In this document: in pieces, positions 1 to 10,617 of the stretch | How positions within the stretch are numbered: position 1 is the first letter of the stretch | Layout: each line of letters opens with the position of its first letter | IMG/VR virus record: IMGVR_UViG_3300021964_000093 | Span: 1 to 53,611 of that record | Length of the DNA: 53,611 bases | Source: a virus | Lineage: Duplodnaviria > Caudoviricetes | Reading direction: 5' to 3' (one strand) | The notes under the pieces: model-generated | Told to the model about the DNA's origin: nothing | The model's input: the letters and a program-made list of their open reading frames with translations, nothing else | Databases searched by the model: none | Made by a program: the position numbers and the translations under genes

Positions 1-174
1 AGCTTTTGCTGGAAGCATAACCTTAATTTCGCCATACTTCTGTGCACCCATTACATTATATTTAGGTTGACCTGTTTCTCTATCAACAGGAATATCTTGA
101 ACTAAATATACTTTAGATAATTCTTTATTATCTTCTAGATAATGTAATTTGTTGTTATATTCTTTTATTTTCAT
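1..174 (-). CDS. hypothetical protein, runs off the window edge
   Basis: Hand translation from ATG at 174 (MKIKEYNNKLHYLEDNKELSKVYLVQDIPVDRETGQPKYNVMGAQKYG...) is open to position 1; divergent from the helicase. Confidence 0.6.
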   Translation of the reverse strand, partial: MKIKEYNNKLHYLEDNKELSKVYLVQDIPVDRETGQPKYNVMGAQKYGEIKVMLPAKA

Positions 175-231
175 CGTTGACTTTTATTCTTTTATAACTT
201 ATATACACTTTTAGAAAGAAAAAGCAAACAT

Positions 232-1668
232 ATGAACTATAAATTTAAGACTAAGCCATACGAGCATCAACTAGATGCCTTAAAAGACTCATGGAATAAA
301 GAAGTATTTGCATACTTTATGGAGATGGGTACGGGTAAATCTAAGGTATTATTAGATAATGCAGCAATGCTTTATGATAAAGGTGAGATAAATGCATTAT
401 TATTAATAGCACCTAAAGGTGTTTACAAAAATTGGTATGACTCTGAAATACCTACACACTTACCAGATCATATTGATAAAAAAATGATCTTATGGAAAAC
501 CTCCGATAAAAGTTTAAAACAAATAAAATTATTAAATACCTTATTTGAAAAAGGTTCTGACTTACGTATTTTAATTATGAATGTAGAATCATTTTCATCG
601 GGTAGTGGATCAGATTTTGCATATAAATTTTTATCAGCACATCCTAAATCAATGGTTGCTATTGATGAAGCAACTACAATTAAAACTCCAACATCAAATA
701 GAACTAAAAATATTTTATCATTAAGTAAACATTGCAAATATAGAAGAATACTTACAGGTTCTCCTGTAACTAAATCACCATTAGATTTATATTCACAATG
801 TCAATTTTTAGATCCGTGGTTATTAGATCATCAATCTTATTATACTTTTAAAGCAAGATATTCTGTGTGTAAAAAAATACAAGTTAATGGTCGTCAAGTA
901 GAAATAGTTGTTGGTTATAGAAACCTTGGTGAGTTGTCTGATAAAATAAAATCATTTTCTAAAAGAATATTAAAAGAAGATTGTTTAGATTTACCCGCTA
1001 AATCATATGTAAAACATTATGTTGAACTGACTAAAGAACAGAAAAAAGTTTACGATCAAATGAAGAAAGAAGCCATAGCTTTCCTTGACGGTAAAATGCA
1101 ATCATCAGCTACTGTTATGACTCAGTTAATGAGACTTCATCAAATTACTTGTGGACATTTCACTGCTGATGATGGCACAATAAAAGATTTACCATGTAGT
1201 CGGTTAGGTGAGTTAATGGATATTTTAGAAAAGATAGAGGGTAAAACTATTATATGGTCACATTATACACATGATGTAAGAAGAATAATTGAAGAAATAA
1301 AAAGAGTATATGGTGATGATTCTGTTGTAGATTATTATGGAGCAACAGATACAGATGCTAGATCAACTAACATTAAAAAATTTCAAACAGATGATAAATG
1401 CAGATTTTTTGTCGGCACCACACATACCGGCGGATATGGTATTACCCTTACCGCCGGTAGTAATATGATTTATTTCTCTAATGGTTATGATTTAGAGAAG
1501 CGTCAACAGTCTGAAGCAAGAATAGATCGTATAGGTCAAACTAAAAAGATGACTTATATTGACATCATGGCTCAAGATACTATTGACGAACGAATTGTTA
1601 AAGCGCTTCGTAATAAAGTCAACATCGCAAATAAAATTATGGATGAAGACTTTAGAGAATGGATTTAA
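232..1668 (+). CDS. SNF2-family (SF2) DNA helicase
   Basis: Motif I EMGTGKS, motif II IDEA, motif III LTGSP, C-terminal GGYGITL and QSEARIDRIGQ. Confidence 0.93.
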   Translation: MNYKFKTKPYEHQLDALKDSWNKEVFAYFMEMGTGKSKVLLDNAAMLYDKGEINALLLIAPKGVYKNWYDSEIPTHLPDHIDKKMILWKTSDKSLKQIKLLNTLFEKGSDLRILIMNVESFSSGSGSDFAYKFLSAHPKSMVAIDEATTIKTPTSNRTKNILSLSKHCKYRRILTGSPVTKSPLDLYSQCQFLDPWLLDHQSYYTFKARYSVCKKIQVNGRQVEIVVGYRNLGELSDKIKSFSKRILKEDCLDLPAKSYVKHYVELTKEQKKVYDQMKKEAIAFLDGKMQSSATVMTQLMRLHQITCGHFTADDGTIKDLPCSRLGELMDILEKIEGKTIIWSHYTHDVRRIIEEIKRVYGDDSVVDYYGATDTDARSTNIKKFQTDDKCRFFVGTTHTGGYGITLTAGSNMIYFSNGYDLEKRQQSEARIDRIGQTKKMTYIDIMAQDTIDERIVKALRNKVNIANKIMDEDFREWI

Positions 1669-2063
1669 TCAATCGTTATTTTTTTAGGTTTTTTAGATTC
1701 AGGTGGATTATACTCTAATTCAACATTGAGCATACCATCCTGTAATTTACCACCTCTACATTCAACATAATCTGCTAATTGAAATTGTCTTTTAAACGAT
1801 CTCTTAGCTATACCTTGATGCACATAGTTAGATAAATCTTCTTTTGATTTACCTTCTATGATGAGCACACCATCTTTTACTTCAACGGATACTTCATCTT
1901 TTTTATATCCCGCTAAAGCAAGTTCGATAACGTACTTACCTTCAGTTTCTTTTCTTATGTTGTAGTGTGGGAAACCAGAATTGATTGATGTTAAATAGTC
2001 GAATCTATTAAACATGTCTTCAAAACCGATTGCGTTATTTAGGAATGTACTTATATTTGTCAT
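1665..2063 (-). CDS. hsp20: small heat shock protein, Hsp20/IbpA family
   Basis: FPHYNI, IELALAGY, HQGIAKRSFKRQFQL, LQDGML alpha-crystallin signatures; SD AAGGAGG. Confidence 0.95.
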   Translation of the reverse strand: MTNISTFLNNAIGFEDMFNRFDYLTSINSGFPHYNIRKETEGKYVIELALAGYKKDEVSVEVKDGVLIIEGKSKEDLSNYVHQGIAKRSFKRQFQLADYVECRGGKLQDGMLNVELEYNPPESKKPKKITID

Positions 2064-2131
2064 GTTAACCTCCTTGTTAGACAGTTATTATTAGGCCCTC
2101 CTAAAGCGACCTACTGTAAATATAATGATTA

Positions 2132-2335
2132 TTATAATTTTTGCAATAAGGTAATTATAATACCTGCCATACCAGAAAATAAAGCACCCGCTGATATTAA
2201 TAATATTCTTTCTATTCTATTAATTTGACCTTGAAGGCCGTTGATTGAATTTTGTGTTTGTTTTTGCATGATACGACATAGTTTTTCATGTGAATCTATT
2301 CTTTGAATTGCGTCTTGTTGAGATCTTCTTGCCAT
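2132..2335 (-). CDS. small coiled-coil protein with one C-terminal TM helix (possible holin)
   Basis: Hydrophobic ILLISAGALFSGMAGIIITLL preceded by a coiled coil; end of late operon. Confidence 0.5.
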   Translation of the reverse strand: MARRSQQDAIQRIDSHEKLCRIMQKQTQNSINGLQGQINRIERILLISAGALFSGMAGIIITLLQKL

Positions 2336-2399
2336 TAAAATACGACCCCCGCCGCATTAAAACCCCGGTAATAGAATACCAAACCACCCAAATAATTCA

Positions 2400-5300
2400 T
2401 TATGCTAAACCTCTTTGTCGTAAACGTATTTGTTTTTCTTCCTCAGATAATAAAGCATTCTCTGTTGCCGTCAAGCCCTGATTCATGGCTCCTGGTGTTT
2501 GAACCACTGCTGTCTGTATTACTTCTTGTGCAGGCATTGGTGTAGGTGGCAATGCAGATTGCCCTTGTGGAGCTGTGTCTGGTAAAAAGTTTTGTAAATC
2601 AAGTTGGAAATCACCATATAAGTTTTGTCCTTTTAATGCACCTTGAATGGCTCTCATAGATCCTTGTGCACCTAAGAATGGATTAGGTTGTCCACCTTCT
2701 ATTGCAATGTCTTGAAATCGTTCTTCAATTTTTTCTGATGGAAAGAAAGGTTTAAATTGACCAGATAATAATTCATCGAGTTTAGATTTTGGTATACCTC
2801 TTTTTTCAAATATTTCTTCTAATTGTGTAGGACTGATACCTAATTTCATTGCATTTCTAATATGGCCTAACATCTTTTTTCTAACATCAAATAATGTTTT
2901 GTTAGCAACAAAATATCTTTCAATTACATCTTTAGGAGTTTTTGGTTCTCCAGATAACACACCATACTTACCACCAGTAAATAATTTAGTAGCATCAGAT
3001 TCACCTGTTCTTAAATCATATAAATAAAAACCAAGTGCTTTTTTAGGATCAACTTTTTCTAATCTAAATCCAAAGATACCTGCAAGCTCATAGGGTATCT
3101 CATACATTGTGGGTCCTTTACCTGGTTCTCCTTTAATAGCTTTTATAGTTCTTTCAAATGGAGCTGTAGTTGGTTTTAATGTTTTAATTAAGTGTTCTAA
3201 AGTAGTTTTTATTCTTTCACCTGGAGGTGTATTTTCATTATAGAGTTCTTGACCTTCTCTTGTTCGACCACCTCTAAGCATAATATCTGCAAATGCTTCT
3301 GTAAAAATAGATTCAGATATAAATGGTGATGCAGTTTCACCTGCTGCTTTTGCAATACCTTCCATAAATCCTTTTAATAATATTTCTTCATCTTCTATAC
3401 CTTGTTGAATATTAGTTAATACAGATTGAAAAGGTCTTGTTAGTGTATCGTATACATTGTTTTTAGACCAATCAGTATAGTATATTTCACCTGTATCTGG
3501 ATCTCTTGTAAATATTAATTGTGAATTCTTAGACCACGGAGCAACAAAATCTCTAGCTGCATCTGCTTCTTCATTACTTACACCAAAGATTGCTTGTGAA
3601 CCTTTAATAATTCCATAAGGTATAGCAGCTGTAGCTGCAGTAATACCTATCAATCGTTTCATGCCTTCACCCTTCATAGGATTAGTACTAGTGATTGGAT
3701 TTATTTTACCGGTAATAGGATCTTTTAGATCTTTCATAATTTGTCTAAAGATACCACCACCTGTTCTAAATACTTCTGAAGACCAGGACATGAAGTTTCC
3801 TAATGGTGATGCACGCATCGTTCTTACAAACTCACCCACTTTTGCATAGTTGGGTACTGTGTCTTGTACTATTTGTGCCACCTCTTCTTTTAGTTCTTGT
3901 TGAGATTTTTTAATACCTGCTTTAGCATATTTTTGACCTCTAGTTATTAATTGTGTTTCGTAGTTTACTATTTTCCAAATATCGTCTTCAGCAACATATA
4001 AATCTTGCATAAACTTTGCACCCTTTTTAATACCTCTTGATGCTTGTTTACCTAAAGTGTTTAACATAGGTTTTAAAACACTGTCCGTTGCAATATTACC
4101 TTCACCAAATCTAATATCTTTCATTAGATTTCTAAGATCACCATATCGAACATTGGTATTTGTAATCCCTAATTCTAGATATTCTCTATATTTTTCCATA
4201 GCTAAAGGTTGTCTAACTCCACCAACTTGAACTGTACCAAAAGCATTTTTCATTGCTTGTGCAAATACTCTAGGATCATTTAATATAACTCCATTACCAA
4301 TAGAGAAACCTGCAGAACTTAAAAAGTTTCTTATATGTGTAGGTATAGATAAAATTGTTTTTGCATACTGTGCACCTGCTTTAGGTGTTAAAATTAAATT
4401 ACGATACGCAGCAGAAAAAGTTTTACCTAATGGACCACCAGTATCTCCTCTTAAAAAATCTTGTATCTTAGATGTGTTTGTAAAACTTTCAGCAATATCT
4501 CTTGTGGTATAAGTACCTGATAATCTGTTTACTAATACACCTTCTTTAAAATATTCTTCTACATAGTCATCTATTTTTACAATGTCTGCATTAGGACCAA
4601 ATGCTCTTTTAGCAGACAATGGACTATCATGAAAAAAACCTCTAGCACCATATGGTGTATCTGATTTTGCATTTGCTTTTGCAATATCATCAGCATCTAA
4701 TATTTCATCAAACAATTGATTCTTTCTTGCAATAACCGATAGTCTATTCATTCCTTCAAATATAGAGTGTCTTGCATCTTCTATTTCACCAAACAATTCT
4801 CTAAATACTTTAGAACCTTTACCTATAACTCTTAAATCTTTTTTACCACCAGGTAAATTTTTTTCTAATGTTTGTGCAAATGTTTTAAATTTCATTGGAT
4901 CTTTAGCTGATTTAGATAAATCAGGAAATTGAAATGTAGGTAAAGTATCTTTAGATGGATCCATCTTTCTAACTTGTTTTATAATATCATTAACCATACC
5001 TTCTGCTTCTAAATCTGTTATTGGATTATTATTTTTAGCAGCGTATCTTTTAAATAGTTCTTTTGTATTTGCTACCGCATCTCTAGTTGGTTTATATCTT
5101 TGAAAAAAACCTGCTTCTGCATTTTCAAATATTTCAAATGTATTACCAATATAGTTTTTAACTCTATTACCCATGATTTTTCTTAAATCTCTAGTAACTC
5201 CTGTGGGTAAATCTACTTTAGCACCTGGACCGGATGCTGTTATTTCTAATAATGAGTTAAATTCTTTTCTTGTTTTATCTAACACATCTATAATTTTATT

Positions 5301-6491
5301 TGCTGCAATAGCACCTTCATCTGCACCTATTCTTTTTACTGCAGTATTGATAACTTGTTTTTTAAAATTACTATCTAAAGGTTTAGTTAAATCACCTTCA
5401 AATAATGTATCATCTAATAATTTTAAAAATTGTTTTCTTTCTTCAACACTAGATGTATTTAATATTTTTCTATATTCAGGAAATATTTTATCTACTTCTT
5501 TATCTATTCTTGCAACCATTTCTTCAGAAAAGTTAGTATCTCTCATAGTTCTTCCCGTTTGAACTTGTTTTGCTTTTGCTATCTCTTCTGGTTTAGTTCC
5601 TCTAAATCTAAATGCGGATGCAAGTCTATCTAACCCTCTTGCTATCATAGAATTACTATACGCTAGTTCTTTTCCTCTTGTTGCTAATGCTTTAATAGCT
5701 TGACCTCCTCCATATACAAAAGGTGCAAGCAATGCAGATTCTGATCCAAATTTTAATCTATTTAATAATTTTCTTTCCGCATCTTCTTGAGCAGTTGCTC
5801 TTACATCTCTATCTAATTCAGTGGGACCTGATTCAAATAAATCTCCAAAGGTTCCAATCTTTTCATTGTCTACGACTAATGTTTCACCTGCAGCTCCTCC
5901 CAATGCAATAACACCGTATCTTTTTGCTCCAGTTATTTTGTTGTATTCATCAGCTTTATCTAAACCTTTTTTAATGTTTTTATTTTTTGGATTTACAAGT
6001 TTACCTGCTTTTTTTGCATTTATTAATTTACTAGCAATTTTTTCAGCACCTTTAATTGCTGCTTTAGCACCTACTGTTCCAAATGTTCCTATTTGAGTTA
6101 ATGCTTCTGATATTTTACCGGTTGCTCTTTCTTGTGCAAGTTCTTCAAAAGGGTTTATTGTATCGAAAAACTTTTCTACTTCAGCTGCATAACTTATACT
6201 TTTTTCATCAAGTACAGGTGCACCAAATAATGCACCACCTCCTGCGTCAAACAATTCTGCAGTAACAGAAGCAATACCTTCTGGTATTTTTATAGCACCT
6301 GACAATACACCAGCTGTAAATGAAGTCAGTGCAGATACTTCGTTTTCATCTTCTGCTTTTGGTTTTTTATCTTCTTGAGTGTATAGAGAAGTGTTTACAT
6401 CTAACTGATTAGACTGTTTTTCTTTATCCTTATCCTCTTCTTCTACCTTGAGAGGCTGAAATCTAGGATCGTCTAGGCTAATCTTAGCCAT
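2400..6491 (-). CDS. large internal virion/ejection protein
   Basis: 1363 aa; last and largest of a run of A/G/Q-rich genes after the tail genes, typical position for podovirus ejection proteins; no catalytic motif recognised. Confidence 0.65.
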   Translation of the reverse strand: MAKISLDDPRFQPLKVEEEDKDKEKQSNQLDVNTSLYTQEDKKPKAEDENEVSALTSFTAGVLSGAIKIPEGIASVTAELFDAGGGALFGAPVLDEKSISYAAEVEKFFDTINPFEELAQERATGKISEALTQIGTFGTVGAKAAIKGAEKIASKLINAKKAGKLVNPKNKNIKKGLDKADEYNKITGAKRYGVIALGGAAGETLVVDNEKIGTFGDLFESGPTELDRDVRATAQEDAERKLLNRLKFGSESALLAPFVYGGGQAIKALATRGKELAYSNSMIARGLDRLASAFRFRGTKPEEIAKAKQVQTGRTMRDTNFSEEMVARIDKEVDKIFPEYRKILNTSSVEERKQFLKLLDDTLFEGDLTKPLDSNFKKQVINTAVKRIGADEGAIAANKIIDVLDKTRKEFNSLLEITASGPGAKVDLPTGVTRDLRKIMGNRVKNYIGNTFEIFENAEAGFFQRYKPTRDAVANTKELFKRYAAKNNNPITDLEAEGMVNDIIKQVRKMDPSKDTLPTFQFPDLSKSAKDPMKFKTFAQTLEKNLPGGKKDLRVIGKGSKVFRELFGEIEDARHSIFEGMNRLSVIARKNQLFDEILDADDIAKANAKSDTPYGARGFFHDSPLSAKRAFGPNADIVKIDDYVEEYFKEGVLVNRLSGTYTTRDIAESFTNTSKIQDFLRGDTGGPLGKTFSAAYRNLILTPKAGAQYAKTILSIPTHIRNFLSSAGFSIGNGVILNDPRVFAQAMKNAFGTVQVGGVRQPLAMEKYREYLELGITNTNVRYGDLRNLMKDIRFGEGNIATDSVLKPMLNTLGKQASRGIKKGAKFMQDLYVAEDDIWKIVNYETQLITRGQKYAKAGIKKSQQELKEEVAQIVQDTVPNYAKVGEFVRTMRASPLGNFMSWSSEVFRTGGGIFRQIMKDLKDPITGKINPITSTNPMKGEGMKRLIGITAATAAIPYGIIKGSQAIFGVSNEEADAARDFVAPWSKNSQLIFTRDPDTGEIYYTDWSKNNVYDTLTRPFQSVLTNIQQGIEDEEILLKGFMEGIAKAAGETASPFISESIFTEAFADIMLRGGRTREGQELYNENTPPGERIKTTLEHLIKTLKPTTAPFERTIKAIKGEPGKGPTMYEIPYELAGIFGFRLEKVDPKKALGFYLYDLRTGESDATKLFTGGKYGVLSGEPKTPKDVIERYFVANKTLFDVRKKMLGHIRNAMKLGISPTQLEEIFEKRGIPKSKLDELLSGQFKPFFPSEKIEERFQDIAIEGGQPNPFLGAQGSMRAIQGALKGQNLYGDFQLDLQNFLPDTAPQGQSALPPTPMPAQEVIQTAVVQTPGAMNQGLTATENALLSEEEKQIRLRQRGLA

Positions 6492-6494
6492 GTC

Positions 6495-7346
6495 TTACCT
6501 CTCTTCTGCTTCGTATGTTAACGGATCTAGTCTGTAGGTATTACCTTGATTATCAAGTATTAAAAAGTCTGCAGTTTGTGGGTCATAGAATATATCTCCA
6601 GGTTGTCCTGTAGGTTCTGCTCTAACAATATTTCCACCTGTGCCATATCCATAATTTACAAATCCTTTAAATTTAGATTGTATTTCTGGAGATGCATTTA
6701 CTTGGAATCTAACAAGATTGTTTGCAGTTAAATTAGGTTTTTGTTTTACAGCTAAGTTATCACTTTCTGCAAATGTCTCAGTTAAATCTAATACTCTTGT
6801 TTCTGGTGAAGGAACAACACCTTTCTTAGCAGGATCTGCTTCAGGGTTGTCTATTTTAAATTGTAATTCAGCTATTTCGTTTTCACCTTCTTGTATTTTA
6901 ACAGCTATTCTATTTTGTCTATCTGCATCACCTTCTGCAGCTTTAAAATCTCTTTCTAATCTAGAAAGTTCTGCTTCTGCATCAATTTTTTGTTGTTGTA
7001 AGTCCGCACCGATATCTGCTTCAACACCTGCAAGTTCTATTTCTCTATCTACATCTTTTCTAGCTTGTGCTGCTTTAAAATATTCTGATGTTGGTTCTTC
7101 AAATGCCATAGCTAAATTAGCTAATGTTCCACCACCACCTGTTTGTGATAAACCACGTAAACCACCTTGAATTAATAATTGTGATACTGGATCAAATGCA
7201 GGTTCTTCAAATTTTTCTAAGGCTGCTTTTATTCTTTCAGAAGGTCTAGGTGTTCCTTCTTCAAAATTACTTCTAATACCAGTCATAATACCACCACCTA
7301 CTTCACCACCTTTTCTGAACATAGGTCTTCTAAATACTTTACTCAT
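6495..7346 (-). CDS. putative internal virion protein
   Basis: In ejection module; N-terminal RPMFRKGG motif; helical acidic core. Confidence 0.55.
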   Translation of the reverse strand: MSKVFRRPMFRKGGEVGGGIMTGIRSNFEEGTPRPSERIKAALEKFEEPAFDPVSQLLIQGGLRGLSQTGGGGTLANLAMAFEEPTSEYFKAAQARKDVDREIELAGVEADIGADLQQQKIDAEAELSRLERDFKAAEGDADRQNRIAVKIQEGENEIAELQFKIDNPEADPAKKGVVPSPETRVLDLTETFAESDNLAVKQKPNLTANNLVRFQVNASPEIQSKFKGFVNYGYGTGGNIVRAEPTGQPGDIFYDPQTADFLILDNQGNTYRLDPLTYEAEER

Positions 7347-8161
7347 TAGCCTCCTAATTTACTAAACCCTTTATATAATCCTGCAAGTGTTGCACCTGTA
7401 CTTAGCGCAGTTTGCAATGGACTAGGTGTAGGTTGTACTGTTTGTTGAGTTTGAGCTGGATATCCAGATATTAAACCCATAATTCCTGAACCTAAAGTCT
7501 GTGCAGCTTGAATAGGTTGTTGTACCTGTGCTTGTGCTAATTGTTGTTGAGCAGAAAGTTCTGCTTGTTTTTGTGCTTGTCCTAAACCACCTAATGTAGT
7601 TAATCCAGAAATTTGTTGACCAACTAAACTAGGAGCTAATTGTGCTAAATTCATTTGTTGACCAAAAGCTTGGCCTGCTAATTGTTGTGCTTGACCAAAT
7701 CCTTGTTGTAATAACTGTGCTTGTAATGCAGCTCTGTTTCTATCAGACTGTGATGCATATTCGGCTCTTGCAACACCTTCTCTTCCACCACCAAATGCGC
7801 CAGCTTGAATAGCAGCAGCTGGAATTCCTAATGCACCTCTTTGCGCTTGAACATCAAATTCTTGTAAAGTTGTATCTATTACATCTTGTTGGTATGGAGA
7901 CATAAACTGCTGATATGCAGTTGGTCCTGTTAATGAACCAGCAGCTTGAAGATAAGGAGCGTATGCACCTAATCCACCTGATAACCCCATTGCTTGTTGT
8001 TGCAATGGATCCATGCCAGCCACAAATTGTGGCCCCATTGTTTTAGATAAGTCAGCACCTTTAAAACCTCCGACAGCTTGTTGTAGTTCTGTAATATATG
8101 GTTTTGCAGCTGCTTCAATAAAAGGAGCTGGTTGTGTTACTTGTGTAATAGTTTCAGCCAT
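7346..8161 (-). CDS. putative ejection/pilot protein
   Basis: Q/A/G-rich, FMSPYQQDVID and AGAFGGGR motifs typical of podovirus DNA-transfer proteins. Confidence 0.6.
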   Translation of the reverse strand: MAETITQVTQPAPFIEAAAKPYITELQQAVGGFKGADLSKTMGPQFVAGMDPLQQQAMGLSGGLGAYAPYLQAAGSLTGPTAYQQFMSPYQQDVIDTTLQEFDVQAQRGALGIPAAAIQAGAFGGGREGVARAEYASQSDRNRAALQAQLLQQGFGQAQQLAGQAFGQQMNLAQLAPSLVGQQISGLTTLGGLGQAQKQAELSAQQQLAQAQVQQPIQAAQTLGSGIMGLISGYPAQTQQTVQPTPSPLQTALSTGATLAGLYKGFSKLGG

Positions 8162-9729
8162 TAAACTCTTCCTCCGTTTTCTAATTTTTTCATCATGTCA
8201 TACATACGTTGTGCACCCTTGTTGACATCACCGTTACCCATTCCTCTTACAGCATCTGCTGTAAATACAAATTCATTATTTGATAACATTGCAGGAATGT
8301 CATCTGCCTTTTCTTTTACACCAACTGGAGGAATAAATCCACCACTATCTCTAAGATCTAATTCTGTTATTCCTGCAGGGTTTTGATTCAATGGTAAACC
8401 ACCAATCCCTGATGCCTGCATCGCGTTATCTTCTGCTCTATCCCCATAAGCATAACCTATTCTACCCCCATTAGCCTTACCTTGTGTTTGTTGTATTTGA
8501 TTTACTTGTGCTTCACTTAAACCTGTTATAGATGATATGGTACTAACGTCTGAACCCATTCCTATCATTTGTTTTACTTGTTTAACTTTTTTAGGATCTA
8601 TCATTCCCATTTCAGAAGTACCTTCTTCATATCCAATTCTACCACCATCAGCCATAAACATATTATATCTTTCAACACCTAAATCATCAATTGCTTCTTG
8701 CTCAGATTTATATCGTTTACCATCAATAACAAATCCATATGTTGCATATTGATCAAAACCAGTTGGATCTCCAAATTGTCCACCTTCCATTGGTACAAAA
8801 TTATCTATTTGTTTAGGAGTTGAAAATGAAGGGCTATATTGATTCATATATGATTTTGTTAAAGCATCTATGACTTGTTGTTTTCCAAATTTAGATGTTC
8901 CTGACATTGGACTTTGCATAGAAGACATACCTGGAATAATACCTGAACCTAATTTACCTCTTAAAAATGATTCTATACCACCTCCTCTTGCAGCTTGACT
9001 TAAATCTCTTGCAGCTTGAGCTCTTACGTTTGATTCTACAACAGGTCTGATCGCTTGACCTATTCCTTCTACTTGCATCGCTTCCCTTGTTCTGTCTTGT
9101 AAAAATTGATTAAAATCAAAATTACCACCTTGTTGAAAACCTATTCTACCACCATCAGCAAATCCTCTAGTACTATATTCTGATAAATCAGCTTCTACTA
9201 ATGCTGGTATTTGTTCTTCTGAATATCCTAATTCTCTGTATGCTTTTGTAAGTCTTATTTTTATAGATTCTATATCTTGTTGACTTCTACCTTGACTAGT
9301 CATTTCAGCAACATCTTGTCCAGGCATTCCAGATAGTGCTCCACCTAATAAGGAACCTCCTGCAAATACTCCTAATGTTTTTCCTAAACCACCAGATAAA
9401 CCACCTGTTAATGCTTGACCAACACCAGTATTCATAAGTCCACTTAATACTCCACCACCATATAAACCTGTTCCAGCTTCAACCGTTCCTAATAAACCTG
9501 CTTTCATTGCAGCAGGTGAAAATCTTCCAAAACCAGTTGCTCCACCTAGACCACCTAAATAATAACCTCCTGCAGCAAGAAGCGCTAATTTACCTGCATC
9601 AGATTTAGCCACACTTTTAACAGCGTCAGCTGCTCCGGATACAGCACTCTTTACACCTTTAACAGCTTTCTTTACAAAACTGCCTAAGCCATACATTTGT
9701 CTTGGTTGTTGCATACGTGATATAGTCAT
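8161..9729 (-). CDS. putative internal virion protein with repeated A[D/N]GGRIG[F/Y] motifs
   Basis: Gly-rich hydrophobic N-terminus, three GGRIG repeats, C-terminal DDIPAMLSNNEFVFTADAVRGMG domain resembling tape-measure C-termini. Confidence 0.6.
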   Translation of the reverse strand: MTISRMQQPRQMYGLGSFVKKAVKGVKSAVSGAADAVKSVAKSDAGKLALLAAGGYYLGGLGGATGFGRFSPAAMKAGLLGTVEAGTGLYGGGVLSGLMNTGVGQALTGGLSGGLGKTLGVFAGGSLLGGALSGMPGQDVAEMTSQGRSQQDIESIKIRLTKAYRELGYSEEQIPALVEADLSEYSTRGFADGGRIGFQQGGNFDFNQFLQDRTREAMQVEGIGQAIRPVVESNVRAQAARDLSQAARGGGIESFLRGKLGSGIIPGMSSMQSPMSGTSKFGKQQVIDALTKSYMNQYSPSFSTPKQIDNFVPMEGGQFGDPTGFDQYATYGFVIDGKRYKSEQEAIDDLGVERYNMFMADGGRIGYEEGTSEMGMIDPKKVKQVKQMIGMGSDVSTISSITGLSEAQVNQIQQTQGKANGGRIGYAYGDRAEDNAMQASGIGGLPLNQNPAGITELDLRDSGGFIPPVGVKEKADDIPAMLSNNEFVFTADAVRGMGNGDVNKGAQRMYDMMKKLENGGRV

Positions 9730-9762
9730 ATATAGAAAAACCTATAATAGTTGTTGATTTTA

Positions 9763-10617
9763 TTATTTTTTAGTCTTTTCGTCAACACGTTTAGTATACT
9801 GTAATTCGTCCCAAAGTCTACCAGAATATTGATATTCTCCAACGTGTGTAATGTAGTCTAATACATATGCGTGGACTTTACCACCCATATCTGTCCATCT
9901 TTTACAGAATCCAAAGTCCTCACCATAAAACTCTTTGGTTTTAGGATCATGTAAACAATCAAATAAGTTATAAAAATTAGGTTTAAATACTTCTTTGCCA
10001 TTAACAATAGTTGGTTGATTGATCTTTAATTCTGGATAATGTTTAATCATCTTTTCTATAACCGATCTTTTAATTAACATACATCCTGTTGGAGCATGAG
10101 ACAATTCCATAACACCATCTTTAACAGTTATTTCATTTTTATTATTTACTTTAATAGGAAATGTAAAACCAGATTTTTGTAAATGATCTGCTTGATCTAT
10201 TTTTTCTGCATGAAGTCTTCTCCAAGATTTATCCCAATCTAATGTTTTCATAGGATATGGACATGCAATAATATCTTTATCTAAATCCATCATTTTAAAT
10301 ATAGTCTTAGATTGAAAATCAATATCTGAATCTATAAATAATAAGTAGTCATAGTTTTCAGAATCAGTTAAAAATTCTGATACACATAAATTTCTACCTT
10401 GTTGTACTAATGATGATTTTAATAAACTAAAACTTATTAATATATTTTTTTGCATACAATCTCTTTGAAAAGATAAAGCAGCTTGACAGTAATGCATACT
10501 AACATCACTATGACATGGTGTTGCTACAAATATTTTTTTAACATTTTTACTAATTGTATTTAAATTTATTTCTGTAGTTGGTTCTTTATCAAACCATATT
10601 GGTTTATTGTTTTGCAT
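9763..10617 (-). CDS. GT-A fold glycosyltransferase-like protein
   Basis: IFVATP, GRN, LLFIDSDI (DxD), TGCMLIKR, GEDFGFC. Confidence 0.8.
   Translation of the reverse strand: MQNNKPIWFDKEPTTEINLNTISKNVKKIFVATPCHSDVSMHYCQAALSFQRDCMQKNILISFSLLKSSLVQQGRNLCVSEFLTDSENYDYLLFIDSDIDFQSKTIFKMMDLDKDIIACPYPMKTLDWDKSWRRLHAEKIDQADHLQKSGFTFPIKVNNKNEITVKDGVMELSHAPTGCMLIKRSVIEKMIKHYPELKINQPTIVNGKEVFKPNFYNLFDCLHDPKTKEFYGEDFGFCKRWTDMGGKVHAYVLDYITHVGEYQYSGRLWDELQYTKRVDEKTKK

Noticed and set aside
2064-2130. CIRCE operator at hsp20
   Set aside because: No TTAGCACTC-N9-GAGTGCTAA match
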